The notes beneath the pieces were generated by a model. It saw only the letters and a program-made list of their open reading frames with translations, was not told the origin of the DNA and ran no database searches. Both the position numbers and the translations under genes were made by a program. Positions 12,447-24,703 of a stretch of 64,000 nucleotides of DNA are shown piece by piece. Source of the DNA: Neocallimastix sp. 'constans' (lineage: Eukaryota); assembly GCA_050613775.1 (NCBI GenBank), contig JBODTK010000101.1, positions 1 to 64,000 on the forward strand, written 5' to 3'. Within the stretch, counting starts at the first letter, position 1, and each line of letters opens with the position of its first letter.

Positions 12447-15400
12447 TAATTGGTATTAATTCAATTTATTTGAATTGTTATTTTTTTCTGTTGAAAATTT
12501 TTAATTTCAATAATTAGAATTTTTTTTCCTATAACCTTTTAATTATTATATTATTTCAGAGCTTATCCAGTAAGCCGTATAAATATTACTTTACTATTTT
12601 TTTTTTATAAAAAAAAAAAAAATAATAAAAACTTATATTTAATATAAGAGGTTTAAAAAAAAAGGTAAATTTTGGAAATTCAAAATGAACTATCGTGAAA
12701 AATTAAACTATTTATATTGAACATTATAAATTAAATTTTTTAATTAAAAAAAAAAAAATGACATGCATAAATTTTATATATAATAAATATTATATTTCAT
12801 TTTTAATTTTATATTGTAATTCCAAGTTTATTTATAATATTTAATAATATGATTAAATTTTACTATTATTATTCATTATTTAGAATAACTGTTATATGTA
12901 CTTCTTAAAGAGGAAATATAAGAAACAAATTCTAATTTTAATTCTAATTTTTACAATTGAAAACTTTGAAAAAAAAATAAAAAAAAAAATTTTTTTTTAT
13001 TAAATTCATTTTAATATATAAATTAATTAATTTATTTATTATATATTAAAGTTTCTTTTTTTTTTTTTTTTGTTCAAAATACTACTTAATATGTAAATTT
13101 GTCATTTTTGTCATTTTTGTCATTTTATTAATTATTATCATAATGACAAAATGAATCAAAAATTTTAATTTATACTTTTTGTAAATTCAATGATGCATTT
13201 TGAAATATACCTATCATATTAAAAGCAATTTAATATAAAATCTTAACTTTTTTATATTATGATTTAACTATATAATATATTATTTCTACAATTTATTTAA
13301 ATATATAAAAATTAACATAAATTTTTAAATATTTTGATATTTATTATTTATTTTAGCTATGTAGTACAAGTCAAATGTTACTATATCTTATCTGTTTATT
13401 ATAATTTAAAAATACTTATTAATAATGTAATGTATTTTATTATTTTTATTCCATCCAATAATATTTAAAGTATTAGTTTTTTAATTAATTTTAATAGTAA
13501 CAATATATGAAAAAAAAAAATAAAAAAAAAAAAAAAATAATAATAATAATAAATAAAATCTGAAAAAGTTATATGTATGTATAATAAAATTAATAGAAAG
13601 ATATACTTATATATATTATAAATCATGGGTTTTGTAGAGTACAATCAGTAAAGGAAGTATCACTAAAAGAAATAAAAGAAGTTACAAACGATTAAAAATA
13701 TAGGCATAGAAACAATGTTATAAAAAATATAACAGCTAAGAGCCAAAATTAATAAAAATAAAAGATAAAGAAATTATAAAAAAATAAAGAAATAATAAAA
13801 AAAAAAAAAAATAAAGAAATAGTAAAAAAATAAAGAAATAGTAAAAAATAAAGAAATAATAAAAAAAATAACGAAATGATAAAAAATAAAAAATAAAAAA
13901 CTCTTAAAAAGTAATAATTTATTATAAAATTTTATACTTTAATTATATATATTCAAATATTTTGTTTTAATATAATAATATCTAAGAAATATTAATAATA
14001 AAATCATACATTATCTTATTCAATTACTATTTTTCTGGATTCAAAGTTTTTCTTGATTCAAAATCAAATCTTTAAAAGTAATTATAGATATTTTATTATA
14101 TCCAAATTATTAAAAACAATAATGTTTGTTAATATATATATATAAATTATAGTCAATCTTCTAATTATTAATTTTTTGTTTCAATATAATAAAAGTTTTA
14201 TTCCATATTATAAAATTATATATTAAATAAATTTTGTATATTAAATATTAATTTATATTCATTTTTAATCAAGGATTATAAAATTCTTCTTAAATGCTAG
14301 TATTATATATTATTATTTTTTATTTAATTTATTGTTTATTATTTATTATTGCCAACCTATGTAAATAAAATATATATATATATATATAATATAAATGTAT
14401 ATACATAAATCAATGTAAAATCGTATGACGTCATAAGATAAATCTACGTAATTAAATTATAAATTTATTCCTATTCATTACAAATATAACTTTACATTAA
14501 TAAATTGATGTACTGAGTTCTTTTTAATATAAATAAATAAATAAATAAATAATATAATAAAATATATAATTACTCATTATCATTCGTGTGTTTCTACCAA
14601 TAGTCAGTCAATAATTATTTATTATTTCTTATTTCGTATTTCTTTTTTATTATTTCTTATTTCTTATTTCTTATTTCTTATTCCTATTTTTTTAACTAAT
14701 ATTTTTATTACTACTATTATTATGGTTATTAAATAATTCAAATAGTTTTGATATTGTTATAATTATAATTATTACTATCAATATTTTATTTTATTGATAT
14801 TTAATTGGGTCATTTTTCTAAGTGGAAAAAAAATTTTTTTTCTATATAATTTTATTATTTGTTATTAATAGAAAAATAAATAAATTATTTAAAACATAAA
14901 TAAATAAATGATAAAATGAAATGTATATACATATATAATATTATTCACAATTATTCATAATTAGTATAAAAAGAACAAAAAATAAGAAATAAGAATTAAT
15001 AGTAATAATAATAAATAATAAGAATAATAAGAAGAAGAAATAAGAAATACTAATAATAATAAAGATAGTAACACCATTTATTTGCACATTTATTATTTTA
15101 TTATAATAAAAACTTTAAATATATGCATAATAATTATTTTTTTTTTTTTTAAATATATTTTTGATCTGCTTATACAAAAACTAATAAATATTATTATACA
15201 CACAGGTAAGTTATTGTAATTAATATCATTAAAAAAATATAGTTTTATTTTTATCTTTTAATAAATATAATTATATATATCAAATTACATAACATTTATT
15301 ATTTATTTATTTATTTTTTTATTTATTTATTTATTTATTTTTTTTTTTGGTTTATTTATTTATATGTTGATTTATTTATTTATTTGTTTATTATTTTTTC

Positions 15401-15516
15401 TTTGGTTTATTTATTTTTATGTTGAATTACTTATTTATTTGTTTATTATTATTATTTTTTTGGTTTATTTATTTATATGTTTATTTATTTATTTAAAATT
15501 TTCCTTTAAAACATTT

Positions 15517-16500
15517 TTAAATATCATTTCCCTTCTTAACAGCACCAACAACTCTATGTGGAATATATAATTCTTCTAAATATTTAATTTCTTCTTCTGT
15601 TAATTTGAGATTAACTGCACTACATGCATCTTCAAGATGTTTTATCTTAGTTACACCAACAATTGGTGCTGCCATTAATGGTTTAGCAAGGAGCCATGCC
15701 ATAGAGACTTGTCCCATAGTAACTTTATGCTTTTCAGCAATTTCTTTAACTCTCTTAATAATTGGTAAATCAATTTCACGTTCGGCTTCATATTTTGTCT
15801 TAGCAAATGCATCATTCTTATATCTTTCAGTATCTGCTTCCCATAATCTAGCTAATCTACCACCAGCTAATGGTGAATATGGTGTCATAACCATTCCCTC
15901 TTCTTCTAATAATTGTGTCATTTCGCGTTCTTCCTCTCTATATACTAAATTATAATGATTTTGAATTGATACAAAGGTTGCCCATCCATGTTGTCTAGCA
16001 CATTCTTGAGCTTTGTAAAGTTGATAAGAAAACATAGCACTACATCCAAGAGCCCTAACTTTACCTGATTGAACTAATTCATTTAAAGTTCTCATAGTTT
16101 CTTCAATTGGAGTATTATAATCCCATCTATGAATGATATATAAATCAATATAATCCATTTGAAGTCTCTTTAGAGATCCTTCAACTTCTCTAAGAATAGC
16201 TTCACGTGAAAGTCCACCTTCATTAAATCTAACTTTAGTTGCAATAACTACATCTTCTCTTTTTGCGAATTTTTTAATTGAATTACCTAAAAAGACTTCA
16301 CTTGTACCATTATTATAGCAATTTGCTGTATCAAAGAAATTAATACCTAAATCTAATGCTCTTTTAACCATTTCATCGGTTTGTTCTTGATTTAAAAGCC
16401 AAGTGAAGGAGTCTCTATTACCTCTTTCACCAAAGGTCATACAACCTAAACAAATCTTTGATACTTTAATACCAGATTTTCCTAATGTTGTATATTCCAT
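15517..16500 (-). CDS. Aldo/keto reductase (aryl-alcohol dehydrogenase/YajO-like), intronless
   Basis: LGKSGIKVSKICLGCMTFG, GINFFDTANCY, SLKRLQMDYIDLYIIHRWD, QNHYNL, PYSPLAGGRL. Confidence 0.95.
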   Translation of the reverse strand: MEYTTLGKSGIKVSKICLGCMTFGERGNRDSFTWLLNQEQTDEMVKRALDLGINFFDTANCYNNGTSEVFLGNSIKKFAKREDVVIATKVRFNEGGLSREAILREVEGSLKRLQMDYIDLYIIHRWDYNTPIEETMRTLNELVQSGKVRALGCSAMFSYQLYKAQECARQHGWATFVSIQNHYNLVYREEEREMTQLLEEEGMVMTPYSPLAGGRLARLWEADTERYKNDAFAKTKYEAEREIDLPIIKRVKEIAEKHKVTMGQVSMAWLLAKPLMAAPIVGVTKIKHLEDACSAVNLKLTEEEIKYLEELYIPHRVVGAVKKGNDI

Positions 16501-16960
16501 TTTTACTTATTTAAATTATTAATAATATGATAATTTACTAACAATAGAAAAAAAAAAAAAATTTTTAAAATAAAAATTAAAACTTAATTATTTATATGTG
16601 TAATGAATTTAATATTTAATAAATTTTCCAATTTCTAATTGGTTTTAAAAAATAATATATTTTTATTAAAAAAAATTTAAATATATATTTATACATAAAT
16701 GATATTTAATTTATACATAATAAGCAATATAAATATATGGATATATACATATAAAATTTTTATTAGTAATAAATAAAAAAAAATTATTTGAAAAACGGAA
16801 ATAAATCCGCATTTGATTGAACTTTTATATATACTTAAAAAATAATAATAAAAAATATTAAATTTATATAAAAAATAGTATTAAACTTTTATAAAAATAA
16901 TTTAAAAAATTATAAATATATTAAAAATAATGATAGTAATAAATCAAATAGATTGAAACA

Positions 16961-17410
16961 TTTTTTTTTTTTTTAGTCCGGATTAGCGAAAAGAGAACAA
17001 TGGGGCCTCCAATCTTTCCCTTAAGTATATCAGACTTTCGTTGGATTCTTTGCCATACCCTTCGGCTTCAACGCGGACATAGCTCTAAGCAAGGCTTATA
17101 TAAAAATCATTCACTTTACCTCATTTCATATAATAAGGCTTCTTTACAGTGATCTCTTGAGCCATCATTAAGGAAGGAACAATTACATATATCCTCTCAT
17201 AGATCCAGTGCTAGACTATATAACTGCAATTATATAGTCTAGCAACAAGAATACTTACCATGGAGAGCGAACCCGCCAACTTCATTTATATGGAAAAATA
17301 CACCCTGTAAGAATAAAAATTGCCCCATATAAATAGAGGAGGTAGTCGATCCAGAAACCTTATGTTTTTAAATTCTAAGTATAACGACCAGGATAAAAAC
17401 TGGAAAGACA
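16961..17410 (-). mobile_element. SINE-like poly(A)-tailed interspersed repeat, copy 1
   Basis: GC-richer island that aligns by eye with the reverse complement of 60987-61486; poly(T) at the left end. Confidence 0.7.
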
Positions 17411-17684
17411 GAATAAAACCAAAATTAATAGAAGCCTCTAATAATTATCTTTTATATATCAAAGATATGAAAAATATTTAGAAAAACAAATTCTTATTTC
17501 ATTTTTAAATAAATGGAGATAAATCCATAAAAAAATAACAACATAATAAATTAAATTTAAATAAATATAAATAGAATATATTAAATTTATATTTAAATAT
17601 ATAATATATTATATACTATACAATTAAATAGTTAAAGAATAAATAATATTTTAAATATACAAAATATATGTTAATATTTTACAT

Positions 17685-17733
<49 letters not shown>

Positions 17734-19751
17734 GATATTAATTAAAAATTTTTAATATTAAAATTTTAAATGATAACAGTGTAAAAGCAAATAACTAATA
17801 TAAAATTATATCCAGTATAAAATTTCTGGATATAATTTATATATACAATCAATATTATAATAAATCAAAAACACATCAATATATTAGTTGTTAAAAAAAT
17901 TCACTAATTTTTTAATTATTATTTCATTATTTATTAACTATTATTATAACTATTATTTAAAAAGGTTATAAATTATATTTTAAAGTTAATCTCCTACAAA
18001 TTTTAACCCTCCTTACTGTGGAGATGGTGCTTGCTTATATTGAAAGAGGATCCTCTTATAAAGAAATAGTTAAGAATCGATCATGTAGAAATTATATGCA
18101 AGAAAATGGCAAAATAAAAAATATATTTATAATCAACATGTTGATCCATAAGTTTCTCTAAAAAAATTATAGCCTAATTATTTTACTTATGTCTATTCAA
18201 GTACCATTAATCATACTTTATTTGCTTATTAATAAACTAACAATTTATATAGATATTTTTATATTATATATTTATTTTTAATTTATTTTTTTATTATTCT
18301 GTATTTTTTAGTTATTAATTTTGTTTTTAATATGAAAGAAATAAATATTTAATTATGTCAATATTTTCATAATTATTAATATAATTATATACTTAGTTCT
18401 ATTCATATTATTATTAATATTCATAAAAATCATTTAATTAAATACTATCCTCTTCACTTTACAATTATATATTTCCAATTTTATCTAAAATTCACTTAAT
18501 TTTAGATAAAATATTATTTAAAGTAACTGGAGTATATTCAGAAAAAACTTTATGTAAATATAATTATGATTATATATTAATAAAGATAAAATATAAAATT
18601 ATTTTAAAAGTTTTTTTAAAATATATTAATTATTTGAAACTGAAGAGTTGATTTTTAATTATATATATATAAAAAAATAAAAAAAAAAAAAAAAAAAAGC
18701 AATTAAAAAAAATATATTTTTATCATATTAAATTAGAAAAATTCATATTATTTAATAAAAAAAAAATTATTATAAACTTTTTTTATTTTTAGTAGATTAA
18801 CCAAGAATCATATTTTTTTATGTCCGTATTTTTTAAATTTATAATTATTTCAATCATTAAAAATTATTTTGTAATGTAAATGTATTAAATATTAATATTT
18901 TATATTCTATATTATTTTATTTTTTTATTATTTTTTTTTTTTTTTTTTTTAAGGAAAAAAAAAAAATAAAAATAAAATAAAATAAAATAAAATAAAATAA
19001 AGAGTAGAATATGAATATAAAGTACAGATTAATAAAATAAAATAAAATAAAAAGCATAAATAAAAACAAAAAAAAATATATTATTCGCAATAAAGTTTAT
19101 TATATTATAATTATTATTTTAATAATAATATTTTCTTAATTTTTATTATAAAATCCTCACTATTTTGTCAATTAAAATTAAATATTTTATATACTTTTTC
19201 TAATTTTTTTTTTACAAAAAAAAAAAAAAAATATTTATTTATTAATAATATTAATAACAAAATTTATTATGTTTTATTTATAGTTTTATTAATAATACTA
19301 ATAACAAAGTCTATAAAGTAATATTTAATAATTTTATTAATAATTTCAAAAAAAAAAAAAAAAAAAAAAACTGTTTGGAAAAGAATTAGAATTGGAAAAA
19401 AAAATATTTTCCGTTACAATTTTATTTTAATTTTATTTTAATTAAATAAAATTAAAACTAAAAAAAGTATTTTTAATTTTTCAAATTCATTATTATTTTA
19501 TGATCATTATTAACAAATCTTAAATTTTAATAATATAAAAATAAAGTTCAACTATAAATATTTTATATTTATTTATAATTCGATTATGAATAAAACTATA
19601 ATAGATATATAAAAAATTATTAAAACTACCTAATTTTATTTATATATATTATACGAATAAAATAAAATCATTTTAAATTATTTTATTTATAACAAATTAA
19701 TTTATTATTTTTTTTTTTTATACAAAAAAAAAAAAAACAAAATTTTAAAAT

Positions 19752-22700
19752 ATGAAACATCAAATACCACAATTATTATTGATTATCTATTTATATACTA
19801 GTAATTGAACAATATTATAAATATATTTATCATATTTTATTAAAATATGATAATAATATATAAATTATAAGAATTTATTAATTTATAATATAATCTATTC
19901 TTATTTTTTTTTTTTTTTTTTTTTTTCTGATATTTGTAAAAATTAATCTAATTTTATTAGGATTTATAAAAGGAATTACTATCAATATGATATCATATTC
20001 TTTTTTTTCAAATGAAAATATTTTTCAGTCGATAAAACAAAATTTTAATGATTATGCTATAAAAAACAATTTAAATATTACTTTAAATATAAATTTATTT
20101 TCATCTAAAAACTCCACTCAGAACATAAATAATTTTCACTCATCAATAGAAACATTAATCGACAAAAAATCAGATAAATATGATTTATTTACTTTTGATC
20201 CTATATATATAAGAAATTTATACCCATATTTTATAGATTTAAAGGAGTGGTTACCAAGTGAATACATAGATTGGTTCAGTTTAAATAATATAGATAAAAT
20301 ATGTACTTATGAAAATAAATGGATAGGTTTGGTAAGTATAAATTTAAATTTCAATAAAGTTATAAATTTTATTACAAATTTTTATTTTATCAATTATATA
20401 TATATAATTTTTTATTTTAAAATAATAAATATATATAATTAAATAATATATATATAATTAAATAATATATATATAATTAAATAATATATATATAATTAAA
20501 TAATATATATATAATTAAATAATATATATATAATTAAATAATATATATATAATTAAATAATATATATATATAAAATAAGTAATAAAAATTAATTTATTCA
20601 ATAAAATAATATAGTAATTATTTTTTTTTTTAAATATATATATATGTATATATTTCAAAAAGCCATTATTTATAAAATTTATGATTTTATATTCAAATAA
20701 TTATTATTTAGAAAAATATAATAAAAAAATACCAAAAACGTGGGATAAATTGTTAGAAATAGGACAAGATATCATAGAACAAGAAAAAATTAATAATAAT
20801 AATACTAATCTTTACGGATATAACGGATTATTTTCTTATGGTGTTTAATAATTTTTTAATAATTATTTTTAAATTAATATATCAAGAATATTAATTAAAC
20901 ACATTATTTAATTTTTCTTTATCATTAATCTAATTATTTAAATATTTTCATAACTTTTGCTTTATATAATTTGATCATATATAAAAATAAACATTAACAT
21001 TTTAGATAAAGAGGATTTAACAAGTAGTTTTTGTTCAATTTATCAAACTCTTTATTCGTATAGGGATAATAGAAATTCAGCTTTTCCAGAAATAAAAAGT
21101 CAAAATTCAATTAATGCATTAAAAAAAATAAAGGAAATTAAAGAAAAAATTTCTTTAGGTAAATAAATTATTATAAAACATTAATAATTCTGATTAATAA
21201 TTTTTTTTTTTTTTCTTTATTAATAATTTTTAATGTTAAAATTATTAAATAAAAATATCAAACATAGTTTAAAAATATTTATGAATAACTTTATAATTTT
21301 ATTATATATATATATATTTCAATATAACAATTACATAAATAAATATAAGATGAAATATTTAAAGAAAATGGAGAATATTCGATAAAACTTTTAAATGAGG
21401 GAAATAGCTTAATATTTGCTGTATTCTGGAATTTAGAAAATGAATTTAAGATGTTTAATAAATCTATGTTGCCAGGAAGAACTGAAGATATTACTGGATC
21501 ATGCATAGGAGGATATAATATTGGTGTTAATAGTTACATTGATGATGATCACAAATTGGCATCAATTGAAGTATTAAAATTTTTTTTTTCTAAAGAATTT
21601 CAAAAAGAAATAATAATAAAACAATATAATGAATATAGTGGAATAATTGATTTATATAAAAATAAAGAAGTTTGTTCAATTTTAAATTGTGAACTTATAA
21701 ATAATAATCAATTTATTAATAGACCTACTACTATTAAAAACTATAAAAGATATGAATATAAATTTTTAAATTATTTTTATGAATTTTTATATGAAAAAAA
21801 AAGTGAAAAAGAAACACTTCAAAATATTGAAAATTTAACAAAAATATACTATTTGAATTTAAATGATAGTATTCTTGGTATAATTTTATTTACTACTATA
21901 AATTTATTTTTATTAATAGTCATTGCTTCATATATATTATCAAGGATTCCAAAATTTAAATCGTATTACAGTTTATATTCAACTTTAATGTGGGTTAATT
22001 ATATTTTTTCTTCAATATTTATTATTTATTCACCACTAATGAAATTTGGAAAGCCAACCAAATTAAAATGCAATGCTTTTATATTAATGCTATTAATTGG
22101 ATATAGTATGCTTTACGTTCCTTCATTTTGTTCATTAATTGTTAATACTTCAGAAATCAAAAATAAATTTTTGAATTGGATTAAAAATAATGAAAGAACT
22201 TTTATCGGTCTCATATGTATTTATGAAGTAATCCTTATCTCACTCTCAGCAATATATCCTTCTGAAAAACCAGTAGAAATTATTACCGAAGACTCAATAA
22301 ATTTTTATCAATGTCAGCTCAATAAAAAGAACTTAAAAGGAGTTACAATCTTAATTATAAATATTTCAATTCATTTTTTATTATATATTTTTTTTATTAT
22401 TATTATGCTCAAAAAATTGAATAATAACCCAATTCGTGGTGTCATAAAAAATATGTTATATTTTTCATCTATTGATGGTATTTCAATATTTTTGGTAATT
22501 ACTATTCACATTTATTACATAAAAAATTATTATATTGAATGTACATACCCATTTATTATCCTTTTAATATTTATAATGAAGCATATTTATTTATATTATA
22601 TAAGAATTTGGTTTGACAATGCTAATAATAAAAAAGAAAAAGAAGAAAAAATTATAAATGATCTACTAAAAATGAATAATGAAACAACAATAGATAATTC

Positions 22701-22803
22701 TCTGATAAATGGAAAAACTATTATTATAAATACGAATGATCAAGAATCAATCAGTAAATCTCAATTCAATGAAAATAATATTACTCTAAACATAAATTGT
22801 TAA
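19752..22803 (+). CDS. Extracellular solute-binding (periplasmic binding protein II-like) domain fused to a multi-TM class C GPCR-like domain; about 5 exons (19752-19800, 19961-20331, ~20663-20840, ~21007-21158, ~21350-22803)
   Basis: SBP motifs KYDLFTFD, FIDLKEWL, WIGLP, LYSN..KIPKTWDKL, LPG..GSCIGGYNIGVN; about 7 hydrophobic segments with Cys in KLKC and FYQC; first two junctions checked for phase. Confidence 0.8.
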
Positions 22804-22892
22804 TTAAAGATTAAACTAAAGAATTTAATTAATAGCAATAATTCAATATAAAAATAATAGATAATCTTCATATTAAAGGAAAAATATTATAA

Positions 22893-22941
<49 letters not shown>

Positions 22942-23131
22942 ATAATAAATTTATATTAATATAATAATAATTATATTTTTGATAAATTTTTAGAGTTTTT
23001 ATTTTTTAATTAATAGTAATTTTTCATAATTAAGTAAAAGCATTTAATATAAATATATATATATATATATTATTAATAAAAATTTTATTAATTAAAATTT
23101 CATTTTTTATTTTTAAATAGAAAGAGAAGCA

Positions 23132-23168
<37 letters not shown>

Positions 23169-23567
23169 AAAATATTATTTTAAAAAAGTTTATCTTGTTT
23201 TTTATTTAATCTAATGAAGGAATTTTTATTATTATTTTTTTTTTTTTTTTTTTTTTTTCATTATTAGATTATCATAATCATATTTTTAGGTCCGTTTTTC
23301 ATAATGTACAATTTTCTCGAATTATTAAAAATTAATTTCTTGCCAATAAATATCCCGCCTGTCATGCAACAGACTGAGAATAAGCTTTTTTTTGAACCAG
23401 GTATTATGCTGGTTGTTAGTCCGTTAAAACTTCTGGTTCAGTCACACCCTTTGACCATTTCCTGTTTTCCTCACAAGAGGTTTTTAACGGAATATAGTGG
23501 GATAGGAGATTACAGGAAAGTATTTTCCCCCTTCCGTTATATTTATATTATTCTTAATTCTCCAAGG

Positions 23568-24085
23568 AATTTTTTTTCAAAGGTTCATCTGAGTCACCTG
23601 TTCCAAAAATTGTGGGCTTGGCGGAATTCTTAACAAGGGCAATACCTATCATAAGTAGTTCGTTTGAGCTATTATTTGATAGGTATTGCAAAATATCAAA
23701 CTTAACCAAGAGCGTCGACGTCGTACTGATAAGGCATAATGATAATACAGGATTATCATCTATTACTACGAAGGGTGATTCTCGCCCTAGTAGCTCAATA
23801 AATGATGAATCCGGGGAGAGTTTAGTGGACACCACACTATCTATTTTAAGGATGTTACTTCTAAATTTTATTTCTTTTTTATTTGATAGGAAGGGGAAAA
23901 TTCCCGCATAGTACAACTTGCCAAAATACATAGTATTTTTGAGCTTTTTATTTTTTAATTTTTTAACTTTTTATTTTTATTTTTAATTTTAAATGTACTT
24001 TTTCACCTACATGTATTTTTTAATAAAAAATTAATAAAGTTATGGAAGTGTATTCTCTTCCCTGTCTAAAAAAAAAAAAAAAAAA
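23568..24085 (+). mobile_element. 5'-truncated non-LTR retrotransposon insertion with poly(A) tail and 14-bp TSD
   Basis: TTAATTCTCCAAGG at 23554-23567 and 24086-24099; ends ...CCCTGTCT(A)18; residual open frame 23612-23911. Confidence 0.75.
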
Positions 24086-24243
24086 TTAATTCTCCAAGGT
24101 ACTATAGATGAAGATACTGTCCTAACTGTGAGTCTGAGAGGATTGCGCAAGTACTATCATTTAATATATTTACAAGGGAATTTCTAGTATATAGGTACAT
24201 GTTATGTGTCCATATAGATATATTCTACTAAAGTAATATAGTT

Positions 24244-24428
24244 ATATTCTACTAAAAAAGCAATCTTTTCATACTAATACGCAAGTACCATTATTCTACT
24301 AAAAAGCAATCTTTTCATACTAATACGCAAGTACCATTATTCTACTAAAAAGCAATCTTTTCATACTAATACGCAAGTACCATTATTCTACTAAAAAGCA
24401 ATCTTTTCATACTAATACGCAAGTACCA
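24244..24428. repeat. 46-bp tandem repeat, 4 copies
   Basis: Unit ATTATTCTACTAAAAAGCAATCTTTTCATACTAATACGCAAGTACC, head-to-tail without spacers. Confidence 0.95.
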
Positions 24429-24703
24429 AGTGAGGCTAGTACATATCTCATTGGATTAGGTTATACTGACTTCCTTTCAAAGGGAAGTTAGGAAATGGAG
24501 AGGCACTCCGAGAAAAAAAGTGTACGAGAAAATTCTCAAGTAATAATGTGCACATCAGAGTGCCAATACGGAACACTCTGTAAGGCCGTCCAGCAGGGAC
24601 ACAATCTACCTATGCGAAAGTATACAGAAGTATTGTGGCTACCTCAATATTTCCATGCCTTGAGGGGAGAGCGACTAAAAGAAAAAAAGGTGGTACACAC
24701 CGG

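Larger units (their letters stand above)
23340..24703 (+). mobile_element. Unclassified GC-richer, hairpin-rich element interrupted by a LINE and a MULE; continues at 27553-27590 and ends in poly(A)
   Basis: Composition shift from the flanks; becomes contiguous when the two TSD-bounded insertions are removed. Confidence 0.45.

Noticed and set aside
17252..17265. U1 snRNA 5' end (ATACTTACC)
   Set aside because: Similarity stops after 9 nt, no U1 stem-loops recognised, and it lies in a dispersed repeat
17990..18160. Coding-like fragment (PTNFNPPYCGDGACLY)
   Set aside because: Interrupted by a stop, too short to assign, probably a relic
24244..24428. CRISPR-like array
   Set aside because: Units are head-to-tail with no unique spacers, no cas genes, eukaryotic context
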